Positions 28,517-38,289 of a stretch of DNA of 63,334 bases are shown here, piece by piece. Source of the stretch: Gemmatimonadota bacterium (GTDB lineage Bacteria; Gemmatimonadota; Gemmatimonadetes; Longimicrobiales; RSA9); NCBI GenBank assembly GCA_052389275.1, contig JBQTID010000055.1, positions 1 through 63,334 of the forward strand. The letters run 5' to 3'. Each line of letters begins with the position of its first letter. Position 1 is the first letter of the stretch. Under the pieces are notes generated by a model. The model worked only from the letters and a program-made list of their open reading frames with translations, was not told the DNA's origin and made no database searches. The translations under genes were made by a program, and so were the position numbers.

Positions 28517-29791
28517 TTATAGCTCGTCCATTTTGACGCGCCGTTCTTCGCCACTGCCCATCTCGCGAACAACGACCACGCCTTCTGCGACTTCGTTTGG
28601 TCCGATCACGACAGCGCGGCGCGCCCCGCGCGCATCCGCGTCCTTGAACTGTTTACCGACCGCGCTCGCCTTGAAGCCGTAGGCTACGCTATGACCCGCA
28701 TCACGCAATCTGCGAGCAACCTGCTTCTGGGCGTCGCGCTCCGCGTCGGTGACCGCAATTATGTAATAGTCGATGGTCTGGTCATGCGGCGGCAGCAGTC
28801 CACGGCTTGCGAGCAACTCCGCGAGGACGACGTCGCCCATACCGAAACCGAGCGCCGCTAGATCCGTCTCACTGACCGTCTTCAGCAGATTGTCGTAGCG
28901 GCCGCCACCGCAAATCGCGCGCAGCTCGCCGGCACGGTCGAAAATCTCGAAGACGACGCCGGTATAGTAGGCGAGGCCTCTAACAATGCGTGGGTCGTAA
29001 CGCACGAATTGCGCGAGCCCGAGGCTCGCCAGGTTCGCGAAGTAGTCACGAAGCCTGTCTAGGTCCGGCTGAATCTCCGGCACACCTGCATACGCAGATG
29101 CCAGGGCTTCGAAGTTCTCGAAGTTGAAGATCTCGAGAGCTGCGCGGACCTGGGGCTCGGCGAGCGCCACGGCATTCGCGAACTTGTCGTGCGTCGACGA
29201 GGCAGGCTCGCGACCGATCTTGTCGATTACGGCGAATGCCACAGCCAGCCTCTCACGCGCAACACCCGCGTGCAGCAGGAGTCTTTCGAGAAGGCGCCGG
29301 TCGTTCACGCGCGCTACGACGTCGTGCTCCGTCAGACCCAGCATGCGCAGCCCGTCTATCGCAACGGCCAGCACCTCCGCATCGGCGCTGATGTCGTCCT
29401 CGCCGACAATGTCCACATTCCACTGGAAATGCTCGCGCAAACGGCCGCGCTGCGTGCGCTCGTAGCGGAACAGCTGCGGAATCGAGAACCAGCGGATCGG
29501 CTTCTTCAAGCCGCCCGCGCGCGCGCCGACCATGCGCGCGAACGTCGGCGTCATCTCCGGCCGCAGTGCGACCGCCCGGTTTCCCTTGTCGACGAAAGTG
29601 TAGAGCTGCCGCACGATTTCCTCGCCGCTCTTTTCCGTATACAGCTCGAGCGGCTCGAGTGGCGGCCCGTCGTATTCCTCGAAACCGTACCGGCGTGAAA
29701 CCTCGCGCCAGGCGTTCATGATGTGAGAACGGATGCGGAATTCAGGCGGATAGAAATCTCGGAATCCAGGCAGGCTCGTAAAGCTTGGCAT
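28517..29791 (-). CDS. hisS: histidyl-tRNA synthetase
   Basis: 424 aa. LPGFRDFYP, ALRPEMT, FRYERTQRGRLREHFQ and CGGGRYD motifs. Confidence 0.9.
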   Translation of the reverse strand: MPSFTSLPGFRDFYPPEFRIRSHIMNAWREVSRRYGFEEYDGPPLEPLELYTEKSGEEIVRQLYTFVDKGNRAVALRPEMTPTFARMVGARAGGLKKPIRWFSIPQLFRYERTQRGRLREHFQWNVDIVGEDDISADAEVLAVAIDGLRMLGLTEHDVVARVNDRRLLERLLLHAGVARERLAVAFAVIDKIGREPASSTHDKFANAVALAEPQVRAALEIFNFENFEALASAYAGVPEIQPDLDRLRDYFANLASLGLAQFVRYDPRIVRGLAYYTGVVFEIFDRAGELRAICGGGRYDNLLKTVSETDLAALGFGMGDVVLAELLASRGLLPPHDQTIDYYIIAVTDAERDAQKQVARRLRDAGHSVAYGFKASAVGKQFKDADARGARRAVVIGPNEVAEGVVVVREMGSGEERRVKMDEL

Positions 29792-29802
29792 TTAGAGCGA
29801 AT

Positions 29803-31137
29803 CTATCCGGAAATTGTTATGTGCGGCAAGACCAAATCGCTACCAAACGGCGCGCGCCCGAGCGCGATCAGCGCATCACCGACAGTGTGAAATGAACCTG
29901 TCACCAACACAGTGCCGTCACCGGCAACCTCGGCCGCTCTCTCGAGGGCCGCGCTGAAGTCGCATATCACTTCGGCGCGCTCAGATGGCACTTCGCGCAA
30001 TACACGATCGGGATTCCATGCGCGATTGCGCGGCGCCGTGGGCGGCACGGTCAGCAGCGCGACATCGGCGGCGCCGAACAGTGGCGGCAGCATTGCCTGC
30101 CAGTCCTTGTCACCCAGAATGCCAATTACCAGGACCAGCGGTCGCTCGAGCTTCAGCCGTGCCACGGTGTCGACGAGTGCGTGAACACCGGCAGCGTTGT
30201 GCGCGACATCGAAAATCCAGGTCTGAGAGCCCAACCGCTCGATCTGCATGCGGCCGGGCCAGCGCACCTGCCGCACACCGCTCACGACCGCATGCTCGGC
30301 GGGTCGGAAGGCGTCCGGCAGCAGCGCAGCGGCGTGCACGGCAAGCGCGGTGTTGACGGCCTGGTGCGCGCCGATCAATGGGGTCGCGAGTTGCTGCTCC
30401 CCATATTGCGACGTCGTCACGGACAGCCGCGTGCCCTTCTCGTCGTAGCTCACATTGGCCGGCTGATCGGGCGGCAGAACATGCAGAGTGGTGCCGGCCC
30501 TGGCTGCGTGCTCCTCGAAAATTCGCAGTGGCAGTGCGCCCCGTTCGGCCGTGATCAGCGGCCCGGAGGACTTGATTATGCCCGCCTTCTCGCGCGCGAC
30601 CGATTCGATGGTGTTGCCGAGGTAATCGGCGTGATCGAGCGCGATGTTGGTGATTACCGCCAGATCGGGGATGATCACGTTGGTCGAATCCAGACGGCCA
30701 CCCAACCCGACCTCGATGACCGCAGCGCGCACGCCCGCTTCCGCCAGCGCGAGGAATCCCAGCGCAGTGGTCGCCTCGAAGAACGATGGTTTTAGACTTT
30801 GAACAGCAGGCCAGAGCCGGCGCGCGGCATGCACGAGCTCGGCTTCGCCGATGGCGGCACCATTGATCTGAATACGTTCACGGAAAGTGCAGAGATGCGG
30901 CGACGTGTAAAGGCCAGTGTGATGTCCTGCGCTTTGCAGAATCGCAGCAAGCGTAGCCGCGACCGAGCCCTTGCCGTTAGTACCGCCTACGTGAATGGCG
31001 TGAAATGAATGCTGCGGATTGTCGACCGATTCGAGTAGCGCCTTCGTACGCTCGAGACCCCATCGGATTCCGCCGGTGAGACGCGGAAACAGCTCGCGTG
31101 TCAGCTCCTCATAGGTCAGGCCGCTAGGCTCCGTCAC
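29803..31137 (-). CDS. folC: dihydrofolate synthase / folylpolyglutamate synthase
   Basis: Part of ORF 29803..31191. HVGGTNGKGS P-loop and Mur-ligase-type blocks. The start is uncertain (GTG at 31137 or ATG at 31191), and both overlap the accD end. Confidence 0.85.
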   Translation of the reverse strand: MTEPSGLTYEELTRELFPRLTGGIRWGLERTKALLESVDNPQHSFHAIHVGGTNGKGSVAATLAAILQSAGHHTGLYTSPHLCTFRERIQINGAAIGEAELVHAARRLWPAVQSLKPSFFEATTALGFLALAEAGVRAAVIEVGLGGRLDSTNVIIPDLAVITNIALDHADYLGNTIESVAREKAGIIKSSGPLITAERGALPLRIFEEHAARAGTTLHVLPPDQPANVSYDEKGTRLSVTTSQYGEQQLATPLIGAHQAVNTALAVHAAALLPDAFRPAEHAVVSGVRQVRWPGRMQIERLGSQTWIFDVAHNAAGVHALVDTVARLKLERPLVLVIGILGDKDWQAMLPPLFGAADVALLTVPPTAPRNRAWNPDRVLREVPSERAEVICDFSAALERAAEVAGDGTVLVTGSFHTVGDALIALGRAPFGSDLVLPHITISG

Positions 31138-31999
31138 CGTTCGTTTCTGCCGGTAACGGCTGCCCGAGCATGTGGCGCAGGAGGCGGGCAATCGTGTTCT
31201 TCAGCTCGCGGCGATCGACTATCGTGTCGACCATGCCGTGCTCGAGCAGAAACTCCGAGCGCTGGAATCCTTCCGGCAGCTCCTGCTTGATCGTTTGCTC
31301 GATGACCCGTGGTCCCGCGAAGCCGATGAGCGCGCCCGGCTCCGCGAGATGCACGTCGCCAAGCATGGCGTACGATGCGGTCACCCCGCCGGTAGTTGGA
31401 TCCGTCAGCACCGAAATGTAAGGAATGCCGGCTTCGTGCAATTGCGCGAGCAGCGCGGACGTCTTCGCCATCTGCATAAGGGAGAGGATACCTTCCATCA
31501 TACGCGCACCACCCGAAGCACTGACAATGACCAACGGTTGTCTCTCCTCGAGCGAGCGTTGCGCCAGACGCGTGATCTTCTCGCCGACGACCGAGCCCAT
31601 GCTGCCACCGATGAACTCGAAATCCATTACCGCGAGACTCACGGGAATGCTCTCGATCTCGCCCTCGACAGTACGGACCGCGTCACCGGCGCCGGTCTTA
31701 CGTTCCGCGGCTTCCAATCGCTTTCCGTAAGGTTTGAGATCGACGAACTTCAACGGGTCGCCGCTGCGCAGCTCGGCAAAACGCTCGATGTATTCACCCT
31801 CGTCGAGCAGCAGCTGAATGTAATCTTCCGCGCCGATGCGATTGTGGTGGCCACACTCCGGACACACGAAGAGATTCTGCTCGAGCCGCGCGCGATACAG
31901 AATCTCGCCGCAGCTCGGACATTTCTCGAAGACATCGGTCGGCAGCTCACGCCGGTCCGTTGCCGTAAGCTTCTTCTTCGGTTTCTTGAACCAGGTCAT
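31124..31999 (-). CDS. accD: acetyl-CoA carboxylase carboxyltransferase beta subunit
   Basis: 291 aa with the N-terminal zinc ribbon CPSCGEILY..CPECGHH and a carboxyltransferase domain (GGSMG, GGARMMEG). Confidence 0.9.
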   Translation of the reverse strand: MTWFKKPKKKLTATDRRELPTDVFEKCPSCGEILYRARLEQNLFVCPECGHHNRIGAEDYIQLLLDEGEYIERFAELRSGDPLKFVDLKPYGKRLEAAERKTGAGDAVRTVEGEIESIPVSLAVMDFEFIGGSMGSVVGEKITRLAQRSLEERQPLVIVSASGGARMMEGILSLMQMAKTSALLAQLHEAGIPYISVLTDPTTGGVTASYAMLGDVHLAEPGALIGFAGPRVIEQTIKQELPEGFQRSEFLLEHGMVDTIVDRRELKNTIARLLRHMLGQPLPAETNGDGA

Positions 32000-32011
32000 A
32001 ATGGGAGCATT

Positions 32012-33259
32012 TCAGATCCTTCCCTGTTCACTAGCCACACGCTGGGCAACTCCAAGGGCCAAGAAAGTCGCAAGTAAGAAGCTGCCGCCGTAGCTGAGGA
32101 ACGGCAAAGGAATGCCGGTAATCGGCATCAGGCCGACCGTCATTCCGATGTTCACGATTATGTGAGTAAACCAGGCCCCGAAGATACCGAAGACGACAAT
32201 ACCGGCAAAGGGGTCGGGCAGCTTCTCTGCAAGCTTGATCAGCCGCCAAAGAATGACACCGTACGCGGTTATGACGAGCAGCGTGCCGAACAGAAATCCC
32301 ATTTCTTCGCCGATCACAGCGAAAATAAAGTCGGTGTGCTGTTCCGGCAGGAATGCCAGGCGCTTCTGCGTGCCGTCCATGTAACCCTTGCCGAATACGC
32401 CGCCGCTGCCGATAGCGACCTTCGACTGAATGACGTTGTAGCCGGCGCCACGTGGATCTTTGAGTGGATCGAGGAACACGAGCAGCCGGTTCTTCTGGTA
32501 TTGCTCGAGAGAATTCCAAAGCGGTTTGCCGACTGTCCCGGCGGCGAGGTTCAGGATCACGACGATCGCACCCTCCCAGAAATAGGCGCGGTAGAAATAC
32601 AGAAACGCGACCAGCGCGACCATATATATGCTGAAGAGCCACGGCACGATCGCTACGAACAGCGCAACCAGCGGACTCACCAGCATGAACATCAAACCGA
32701 GCGGGGTGCCGGCCCAGTACAGTGTCGCGATCATTACTCCGCCAAACACCATCGCGGTGCCGAGGTCCGGTTGCACGAACACGAGCGCCATCGGCACTGC
32801 CACGATTGTGAGCGGCTTCCAAAGATCGAAGAGCGTCGTCGGTCGCTCGCGCCAGCCGCCCATCAACCGCCCGACCATCAGAATCGTCGCGAGGTTCGCG
32901 AACTGCGATGGCTGCACCATCATCGGGCCAATGCGCAGCCAGCTCTTGGTGCCCTCGGCTGTGCCTGCGCCTGTGCCGATCACGAGCGTCAATACGAGAG
33001 TGATCAGTCCGAGCACGTACAGTGGCAGGGCGAGCCACTCGATCCAGCGCACTTGTACGCGCGCTACGACGACCATCGCAACCAGCGAGATGATGAACCA
33101 CATGATCTGCTGGCGCCATGCGTTCGCGACACCGGGCTTGGGCGCGTCGAGCACACCGGCCGAATAGATCATCGCGATGCCGAACATGCTGAGCCCAATG
33201 ACGGTGAGAGCCAGCGTCGGATCGCCGAAGAATCCCCGCAGCCGACGTCCTATTGCCAT
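32012..33259 (-). CDS. rodA: SEDS-family peptidoglycan polymerase RodA
   Basis: 415 aa polytopic FtsW/RodA/SpoVE family protein (PEQHTDFIFA, LPFLSYGGS), directly downstream of mrdA. Confidence 0.85.
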   Translation of the reverse strand: MAIGRRLRGFFGDPTLALTVIGLSMFGIAMIYSAGVLDAPKPGVANAWRQQIMWFIISLVAMVVVARVQVRWIEWLALPLYVLGLITLVLTLVIGTGAGTAEGTKSWLRIGPMMVQPSQFANLATILMVGRLMGGWRERPTTLFDLWKPLTIVAVPMALVFVQPDLGTAMVFGGVMIATLYWAGTPLGLMFMLVSPLVALFVAIVPWLFSIYMVALVAFLYFYRAYFWEGAIVVILNLAAGTVGKPLWNSLEQYQKNRLLVFLDPLKDPRGAGYNVIQSKVAIGSGGVFGKGYMDGTQKRLAFLPEQHTDFIFAVIGEEMGFLFGTLLVITAYGVILWRLIKLAEKLPDPFAGIVVFGIFGAWFTHIIVNIGMTVGLMPITGIPLPFLSYGGSFLLATFLALGVAQRVASEQGRI

Positions 33260-35088
33260 TTGACCCAGCTGGTTGACCGGCCGACCATCAAATATTCGCG
33301 CAACGTTTGAATCGTGTCAGTCTGCATCCCATGCCGGAGCCGCAAGTAATAATCCGCGGTCTTGGCCGCGTATTGCGCGGCAGCGCTGCCATGCTCGCCG
33401 AATTCTATCAGCGCGGCCACCACGACTTCCGGCGCGCCACCGCGGGGTCCCGCCATGCCGACAAACCAGCCGTGGTCGGCGCCATGCGGATTCTGCGCGG
33501 TGCCGGTCTTGCCGATCCAATCCCAATGCTCCAGCGCAGACATGCCGGCAGTGCCACCCGGTGCCGTAACCCGACGCAAGCCTTCACGCAGCCATTCGAG
33601 ACTCTGTTTCGAGAGGTGCAGATTCCACGCGCGCGCAGTATCGCCGGGCAGCTTCGCGATGCGAGGCGGTCCGACCCGACCATCGGCAGCGAGAGCGGAG
33701 TAGAACTGTGCCATCTTGAGCGGAGTCTGATCGTTTGGGCCCTGTCCGATCGCGAGGCTGAGCACTTCCGCCGGTGTCGGCTTCCAGCCGAAGCGCCGGC
33801 GATACCAATCCGGTTCATCCGGAAAATTACCTGCGCGCTCGATCGGAAGGTCCACACCTGATTTCGTCGCGAATCCAAGACGAGTGCCTTCAGCGAGCAA
33901 GCGGTCGAGTCCGATCTTGAGTCCCAGCTGATAGAAGTAAACGTCGCACGAATACTTGATCGCATCAGCAAGGTTGAGATAGCCATGACCTTTGGGCTCC
34001 CAGCAACGGAAGTAGCGATTGCCGTACTGCATGCCGCCGCGACAGGGCATCGGGAAATACGCGTTCGGCTCGACCGCGTTCAGCTCCAGCGCAATCGCAG
34101 CAGTTGCCAGCTTGAATGTCGAGGCCGGCGGATACGCTCCCAGAATCGAGCGATCGAGAAGCGGCTTGGCCGGATTTGTGTTGAGCTCCTGCCAGAGTGA
34201 GCTGGAGATCCCGCCCACGAAGCGGTTCGGATCGAAGGCCGGATTCGAGTAGACTGCGAGCACGTGTCCGGTGCCCGGCTCCATTGCTACCACAGCACCG
34301 CGCATTGAATCGGGAAAGATACGGCTGACGAATTTCTGAAGCTCGAGGTCGAGATAAAGGGAAAGCGGCTCGCCTGCGATCGGCGGCACCGTCGCGCGCG
34401 CGTCGGGGTCGAGCCCGCTAATGATGCGGCCAAATGCATCTACTTCGACGTAGCGAATTCCTGGCTTGCCACCAATACGGCGCTCGTACTGACGCTCGAG
34501 CCCCGCCTTGCCGATGATCTGCCCCTGGGCGTACGAGAGGAATTCCGGCCGCTGCAATTCCTGTTTGCTGATCTCCGAGACATAGCCGATCAGGTGCGCA
34601 ATCGCCTTGCCGGCCGGATAGTCGCGTTTCGGCCGCATGTCGATGATGACCCGTGGAAACCGGTATAGTTGTTCTGCGATCGCGGACCCCTGCTCGAAAG
34701 TAAGATTGTCACTCACGATCAATGGCCGTGACCGTTCCTCGCGATGTTTCAGCAGCAGCCCTCGAATGCGCGCTTCACTCAGGTCGAGCAGCGGCGCGAT
34801 CTGCTCGAGCGCATCGCGCATGGTATCCTCGGCCGCGGGCAGCAGCGCGAGCGCATAGCCGGGCCGATTGCCGGCGACAATCCGCCCTGCCCGGTCAAAG
34901 ATCGTGCCTCGCGCAGCGGGAATCGGCAGCGGCCGCAGCCGGTTCTGATCGGACTGAACCGTGTATGCGGAGTTGTCGATGACTTGTGTGTTGAAGAACG
35001 CCGCCGACAGCAGCGCGAACACAATCACCAGGACCGCGGCCGCGCCCCTGGCTCTGCGGCGGCGCGCATGAAGATGAAAAACTTGCAT
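33250..35088 (-). CDS. mrdA: penicillin-binding protein 2
   Basis: 612 aa. Transpeptidase motifs STFK and KTGTA. It sits in the mreBCD-mrdA-rodA context. Confidence 0.9.
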   Translation of the reverse strand: MQVFHLHARRRRARGAAAVLVIVFALLSAAFFNTQVIDNSAYTVQSDQNRLRPLPIPAARGTIFDRAGRIVAGNRPGYALALLPAAEDTMRDALEQIAPLLDLSEARIRGLLLKHREERSRPLIVSDNLTFEQGSAIAEQLYRFPRVIIDMRPKRDYPAGKAIAHLIGYVSEISKQELQRPEFLSYAQGQIIGKAGLERQYERRIGGKPGIRYVEVDAFGRIISGLDPDARATVPPIAGEPLSLYLDLELQKFVSRIFPDSMRGAVVAMEPGTGHVLAVYSNPAFDPNRFVGGISSSLWQELNTNPAKPLLDRSILGAYPPASTFKLATAAIALELNAVEPNAYFPMPCRGGMQYGNRYFRCWEPKGHGYLNLADAIKYSCDVYFYQLGLKIGLDRLLAEGTRLGFATKSGVDLPIERAGNFPDEPDWYRRRFGWKPTPAEVLSLAIGQGPNDQTPLKMAQFYSALAADGRVGPPRIAKLPGDTARAWNLHLSKQSLEWLREGLRRVTAPGGTAGMSALEHWDWIGKTGTAQNPHGADHGWFVGMAGPRGGAPEVVVAALIEFGEHGSAAAQYAAKTADYYLRLRHGMQTDTIQTLREYLMVGRSTSWVKWQ

Positions 35089-35091
35089 TTC

Positions 35092-35574
35092 CTAACGTTC
35101 GCCGGTGGCGGCGCGGTATAGCATGATTGCGATCATCGCCGCAATCGCGGCGAAGACCGCAGCAATCGGAGCGGCCGTGATCAGCATGCTCCACGACTCG
35201 GCCTGGGCTGAGCGCGTCAGCCCGAAATAGAGCGCATCGCGCAGCCATTTACCAAGAAATATATACACCGCGACGAACAGAAGGCTGTCGCCCTCGAACA
35301 GATCGCGCGAGCGCGCGCCGAAAAAGCCGATCACCGCGTTGACCAGCGCGAGCGCGCCAAAGGTCGTGAGTGACAGTGCATCGGTTAGTACGCCGAGCAG
35401 CAGTCCAAGAGCGGCCGCCGCCGCTCCTTGCAGCCGGCGCGCGGCCAGCAGCACGGCCACGGTCATCAAGTCCGGCGCGCTGGTGGTGAGCCCGATCGCC
35501 ACGTGCAGGACCAGGTGGGCGATCACGAGCACGGCTATGAAGATCCAGAATGGGAGACCGGTTCTCACCGCCAT
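35092..35574 (-). CDS. mreD: rod shape-determining protein MreD
   Basis: 160 aa polytopic membrane protein immediately after mreC. Confidence 0.75.
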   Translation of the reverse strand: MAVRTGLPFWIFIAVLVIAHLVLHVAIGLTTSAPDLMTVAVLLAARRLQGAAAAALGLLLGVLTDALSLTTFGALALVNAVIGFFGARSRDLFEGDSLLFVAVYIFLGKWLRDALYFGLTRSAQAESWSMLITAAPIAAVFAAIAAMIAIMLYRAATGER

Positions 35575-36471
35575 CTAGAAGCTTCCCGTGGTCGATGCAG
35601 CCAGCGAATCGGTGGTGGCGGTGTCGGGGGGGACCGCGGTGTTCCAGAATCTCGAAACATCGCTTTGACGCGCGCGCGTTCCGACCAGCACGTGTATTAC
35701 GGCTTCGGGTCGAACCGCGGCGCGGATCAGGTAGCTTTTGCGCCAGCCGGTGTCGGCTTCCTCGATGCCCAGCACCTGCCCGAGCGGAATGCCGCGCGGA
35801 TAAACGCCACCACGGCCGGATGTCACGATCGGCGTGCCAGGTTGCAGGTCGCTGTGGAACGGTGCGCCCGTCAGAGCAAGCAGATCTTCCTCGCGGTAGC
35901 GACCGCGCCGCGGCTCGACGATGCCATACGCCTGTCCGTCCGCCGTCATCGCGCTCGCGCGAAAATCAGGATGCGTCCAGTCGCGCGCGTGCGCGGTCTT
36001 TGCCTGTACATCGACGATGACGCCGACCAGTCCCTCGGGCGCGAGCACCGGGCTGTCGACCTCCACGCCATCAGCGCGGCCCACATTGAGCATGAACGTG
36101 CTTTCGGCGCCCGAGACACCGAGCTTCAAGACTTCCGCCGGCACAAAGGAAGTGCCCGTGCGTGCGCGCAGCCCGAGCAGCGCGCGCAGCCGCGCGTTCT
36201 CTTCGCCCAGCGTCGCTTCCGCTGCCACCAGGGCTGCCAGCGAATCACGTTGTGCGCGCAAATCGTTAACATCGACTGAGGTCGCACGGCGATTTGCAAT
36301 GGTGGCTTGCGCGGTAAGAAACGGCCTCAGCGCGGTGTCGCGAATCGCGTGCTGAATCGGCCGCTGATAGTGTGCGGGAAGTACAAACAGAATCAGCGCG
36401 CCCAGCGCAAGACCAACGGCTATGGCGGTGTCTTTCCGTCTGGCTTTGCGGGTTCCATCGAAGTCAAGCAC
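35575..36471 (-). CDS. mreC: rod shape-determining protein MreC
   Basis: 298 aa with a GTG start, an N-terminal TM, a coiled-coil and a beta-rich C-terminal domain (VTSGRGGVYPRGIPLG). Confidence 0.85.
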   Translation of the reverse strand: MLDFDGTRKARRKDTAIAVGLALGALILFVLPAHYQRPIQHAIRDTALRPFLTAQATIANRRATSVDVNDLRAQRDSLAALVAAEATLGEENARLRALLGLRARTGTSFVPAEVLKLGVSGAESTFMLNVGRADGVEVDSPVLAPEGLVGVIVDVQAKTAHARDWTHPDFRASAMTADGQAYGIVEPRRGRYREEDLLALTGAPFHSDLQPGTPIVTSGRGGVYPRGIPLGQVLGIEEADTGWRKSYLIRAAVRPEAVIHVLVGTRARQSDVSRFWNTAVPPDTATTDSLAASTTGSF

Positions 36472-36506
36472 GCGCTATCGCTATCGCTATCGCTGTCCCT
36501 ATTCGC
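36472..36506. repeat. tandem hexamer array (GCTATC) x3 plus variants filling the mreB-mreC spacer
   Basis: GCGCTATCGCTATCGCTATCGCTGTCCCTATTCGC. The minus strand reads (GATAGC)n directly abutting the mreC GTG. Confidence 0.8.
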
Positions 36507-36507
36507 T

Positions 36508-37548
36508 TTACGTAGTCAGAACGTTCCGGAAACGATCGAAGTCATCGAGAATGCGGCCGGCTCCTCGAACCACACAGGTCAGCGGCTCCTCGTCGACATG
36601 GATCGGCAGATTGGTCTCATGCGCCAACAGCATGTCGAGCCCTCGAATCAGTGCGCCGCCACCCGTCATCACGATACCGCGATCGACGATATCCGATGCC
36701 AGCTCCGGCGGCGTGATCTCGAGCGCGCGCCTGACTGCATCGACGATCTGCTGCACCGGCTCCTGGATACACTCGCGGATTTCCTGCGAGTGAACGCGCA
36801 CCGTCTTGGGGATGCCGCTGACGAGGTCGCGCCCCTTGACTTCCATCTCCCGTTCGTCGCCGGCATTGAACGCCGAGCCGATCTGAATCTTGATGGCTTC
36901 CGCGGTCGGCTCACCGATCAGCAAGTTGTAGTTCTTGCGCAGGAACGTCACGATCGCGAGGTCGATCTCGTCACCACCGACCCGGATCGATGTGTCCGAC
37001 ACGATGCCGTTCAGCGCAATGACCGCGATCTCGGTCGTGCCACCGCCAATGTCGATGACCATGTTGCCGGTCGGCGTGTCTACCGGCAGACCGACGCCGA
37101 TCGCCGCAGCCATCGGCTCCGCCACCATGTAGACTTCTTTCGCGCCGGCCGCGGCCGCGCTCGAACGCACCGCGCGGCGCTCCAGCTCGGTAATGCCCGA
37201 GGGCACGCCGACTATGACGCGAGGCTTCATGCGAAAGATGCGCTTGTTGGTGACCTGGCGAAGAAAATGGCGCAGCATGATCTCGGTGATGTCGACGTCG
37301 GCAATCACACCATCCTTCAGCGGCCGCACCGCCATGATTCCTTCCGGCGTCCGGCCGAGCATGCGCTTGGCTTCCAGGCCGATCCCCTTGATGCGCTGGC
37401 TGCCACGCTCGACCGCGACTACCGATGGCTCGTTCAGCACGATGCCTTCGCCCTTGACGTACACGAGCGTGTTCGCTGTGCCGAGATCGACGGCGATATC
37501 GTTGACCGGCAACAGCCGGCCGCCGCTGAACAGATCCGCTAAAGCCAT
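36508..37548 (-). CDS. mreB: actin-like rod shape protein MreB
   Basis: 346 aa. DLGTANTLVY, DIGGGTTE and other typical MreB blocks. Confidence 0.95.
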   Translation of the reverse strand: MALADLFSGGRLLPVNDIAVDLGTANTLVYVKGEGIVLNEPSVVAVERGSQRIKGIGLEAKRMLGRTPEGIMAVRPLKDGVIADVDITEIMLRHFLRQVTNKRIFRMKPRVIVGVPSGITELERRAVRSSAAAAGAKEVYMVAEPMAAAIGVGLPVDTPTGNMVIDIGGGTTEIAVIALNGIVSDTSIRVGGDEIDLAIVTFLRKNYNLLIGEPTAEAIKIQIGSAFNAGDEREMEVKGRDLVSGIPKTVRVHSQEIRECIQEPVQQIVDAVRRALEITPPELASDIVDRGIVMTGGGALIRGLDMLLAHETNLPIHVDEEPLTCVVRGAGRILDDFDRFRNVLTT

Positions 37549-37551
37549 TAC

Positions 37552-37585
37552 TTTAGATCATCCACTGCATGTCGTTTTCTGTCAA
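37552..37585 (-). promoter_or_regulatory. candidate promoter for mreB with a very short or no leader
   Basis: On the minus strand: TTGACA (37585-37580), ~17 nt spacer, GATGAT, then ~10 nt to the mreB ATG at 37548. Confidence 0.3.
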
Positions 37586-37590
37586 GCAAA

Positions 37591-37811
37591 TCGAGAACCT
37601 CGGTTTAGAACTTCGGTTTAGAACTTCGGTTTAGAACTGCGGATTAGAACTGCGGATTAGAACTTCGGTTTAGAAAGGCGGCAAAACCGGTAATCCGGTT
37701 TTCTAATCCGATTTTCTAAGCCGGTGTTCTAATCCGGTGTTCTAAGCCGGTGTTCTAATCCGGTTTTCTAAGCCGGTGTTCTAATCCGGTTTTCTAATCC
37801 GGTGTTCGAGA
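37591..37811. repeat. 220-bp inverted-arm hairpin built from 13-nt tandem units (TTTAGAACTTCGG)
   Basis: Left arm has 7 units (37591-37681), the loop is CAAAA, and the right arm has about 9.5 units of CCGGTGTTCTAAT/CCGGTTTTCTAAG (37687-37811). Units pair at 11 of 13 positions with a recurring 2-nt mismatch. Confidence 0.9.
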
Positions 37812-37813
37812 TC

Positions 37814-38281
37814 CTAGTGCCGCCCCGTACTTCCAAAGCCGCCTTCGCCCCGTCCGCTGGCCGGCAAACTATCGCGTTCCTGCCAACCGATACGTAGCAC
37901 GCGCGCGATCAACAGCTGCGCAATACGCTCACCATGCGCGATCTCCTGCGGTTCCGCATCGAAATTGATGAGCGGAATGCGCAGCTCGCCTCGATAGTCC
38001 GCATCGATCGTGCAAGGCGTGTTGATGATGCTGATGCCACGCCTGAGCGCCAATCCCGAGCGCGGTCGCACCTGCGCCTCCATGTCGGCCGGCAACGCAA
38101 TCGCGAGACCCGTCGGGATCAGCTGCCGTCCGAGCGGCGGTATGACCACCGTTTCGCCCGCGTTGCGCAAATCCACGGCCGCCGAGAGCGCGGTGCCGTA
38201 CTGCGGCAGCTCCCAGTCGGCGGGATAGTTGGCGAGGCGCTTGACCAGCACCCGCACAGTCTCAGCCTCGCCCCGGCTCAC
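37814..38281 (-). CDS. dut: dUTP diphosphatase
   Basis: 155 aa. AVDLR, RSGLALR, IDADYRGE and GGFGSTG motifs. Confidence 0.9.
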   Translation of the reverse strand: MSRGEAETVRVLVKRLANYPADWELPQYGTALSAAVDLRNAGETVVIPPLGRQLIPTGLAIALPADMEAQVRPRSGLALRRGISIINTPCTIDADYRGELRIPLINFDAEPQEIAHGERIAQLLIARVLRIGWQERDSLPASGRGEGGFGSTGRH

Positions 38282-38289
38282 ACGATCGC

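Noticed and set aside
37591-37811. CRISPR array, considered for this and the other tandem arrays.
   Set aside because: The units are 6-13 nt and directly abutting, with no unique spacers. The second half is the reverse complement of the first. No cas genes are in the window.
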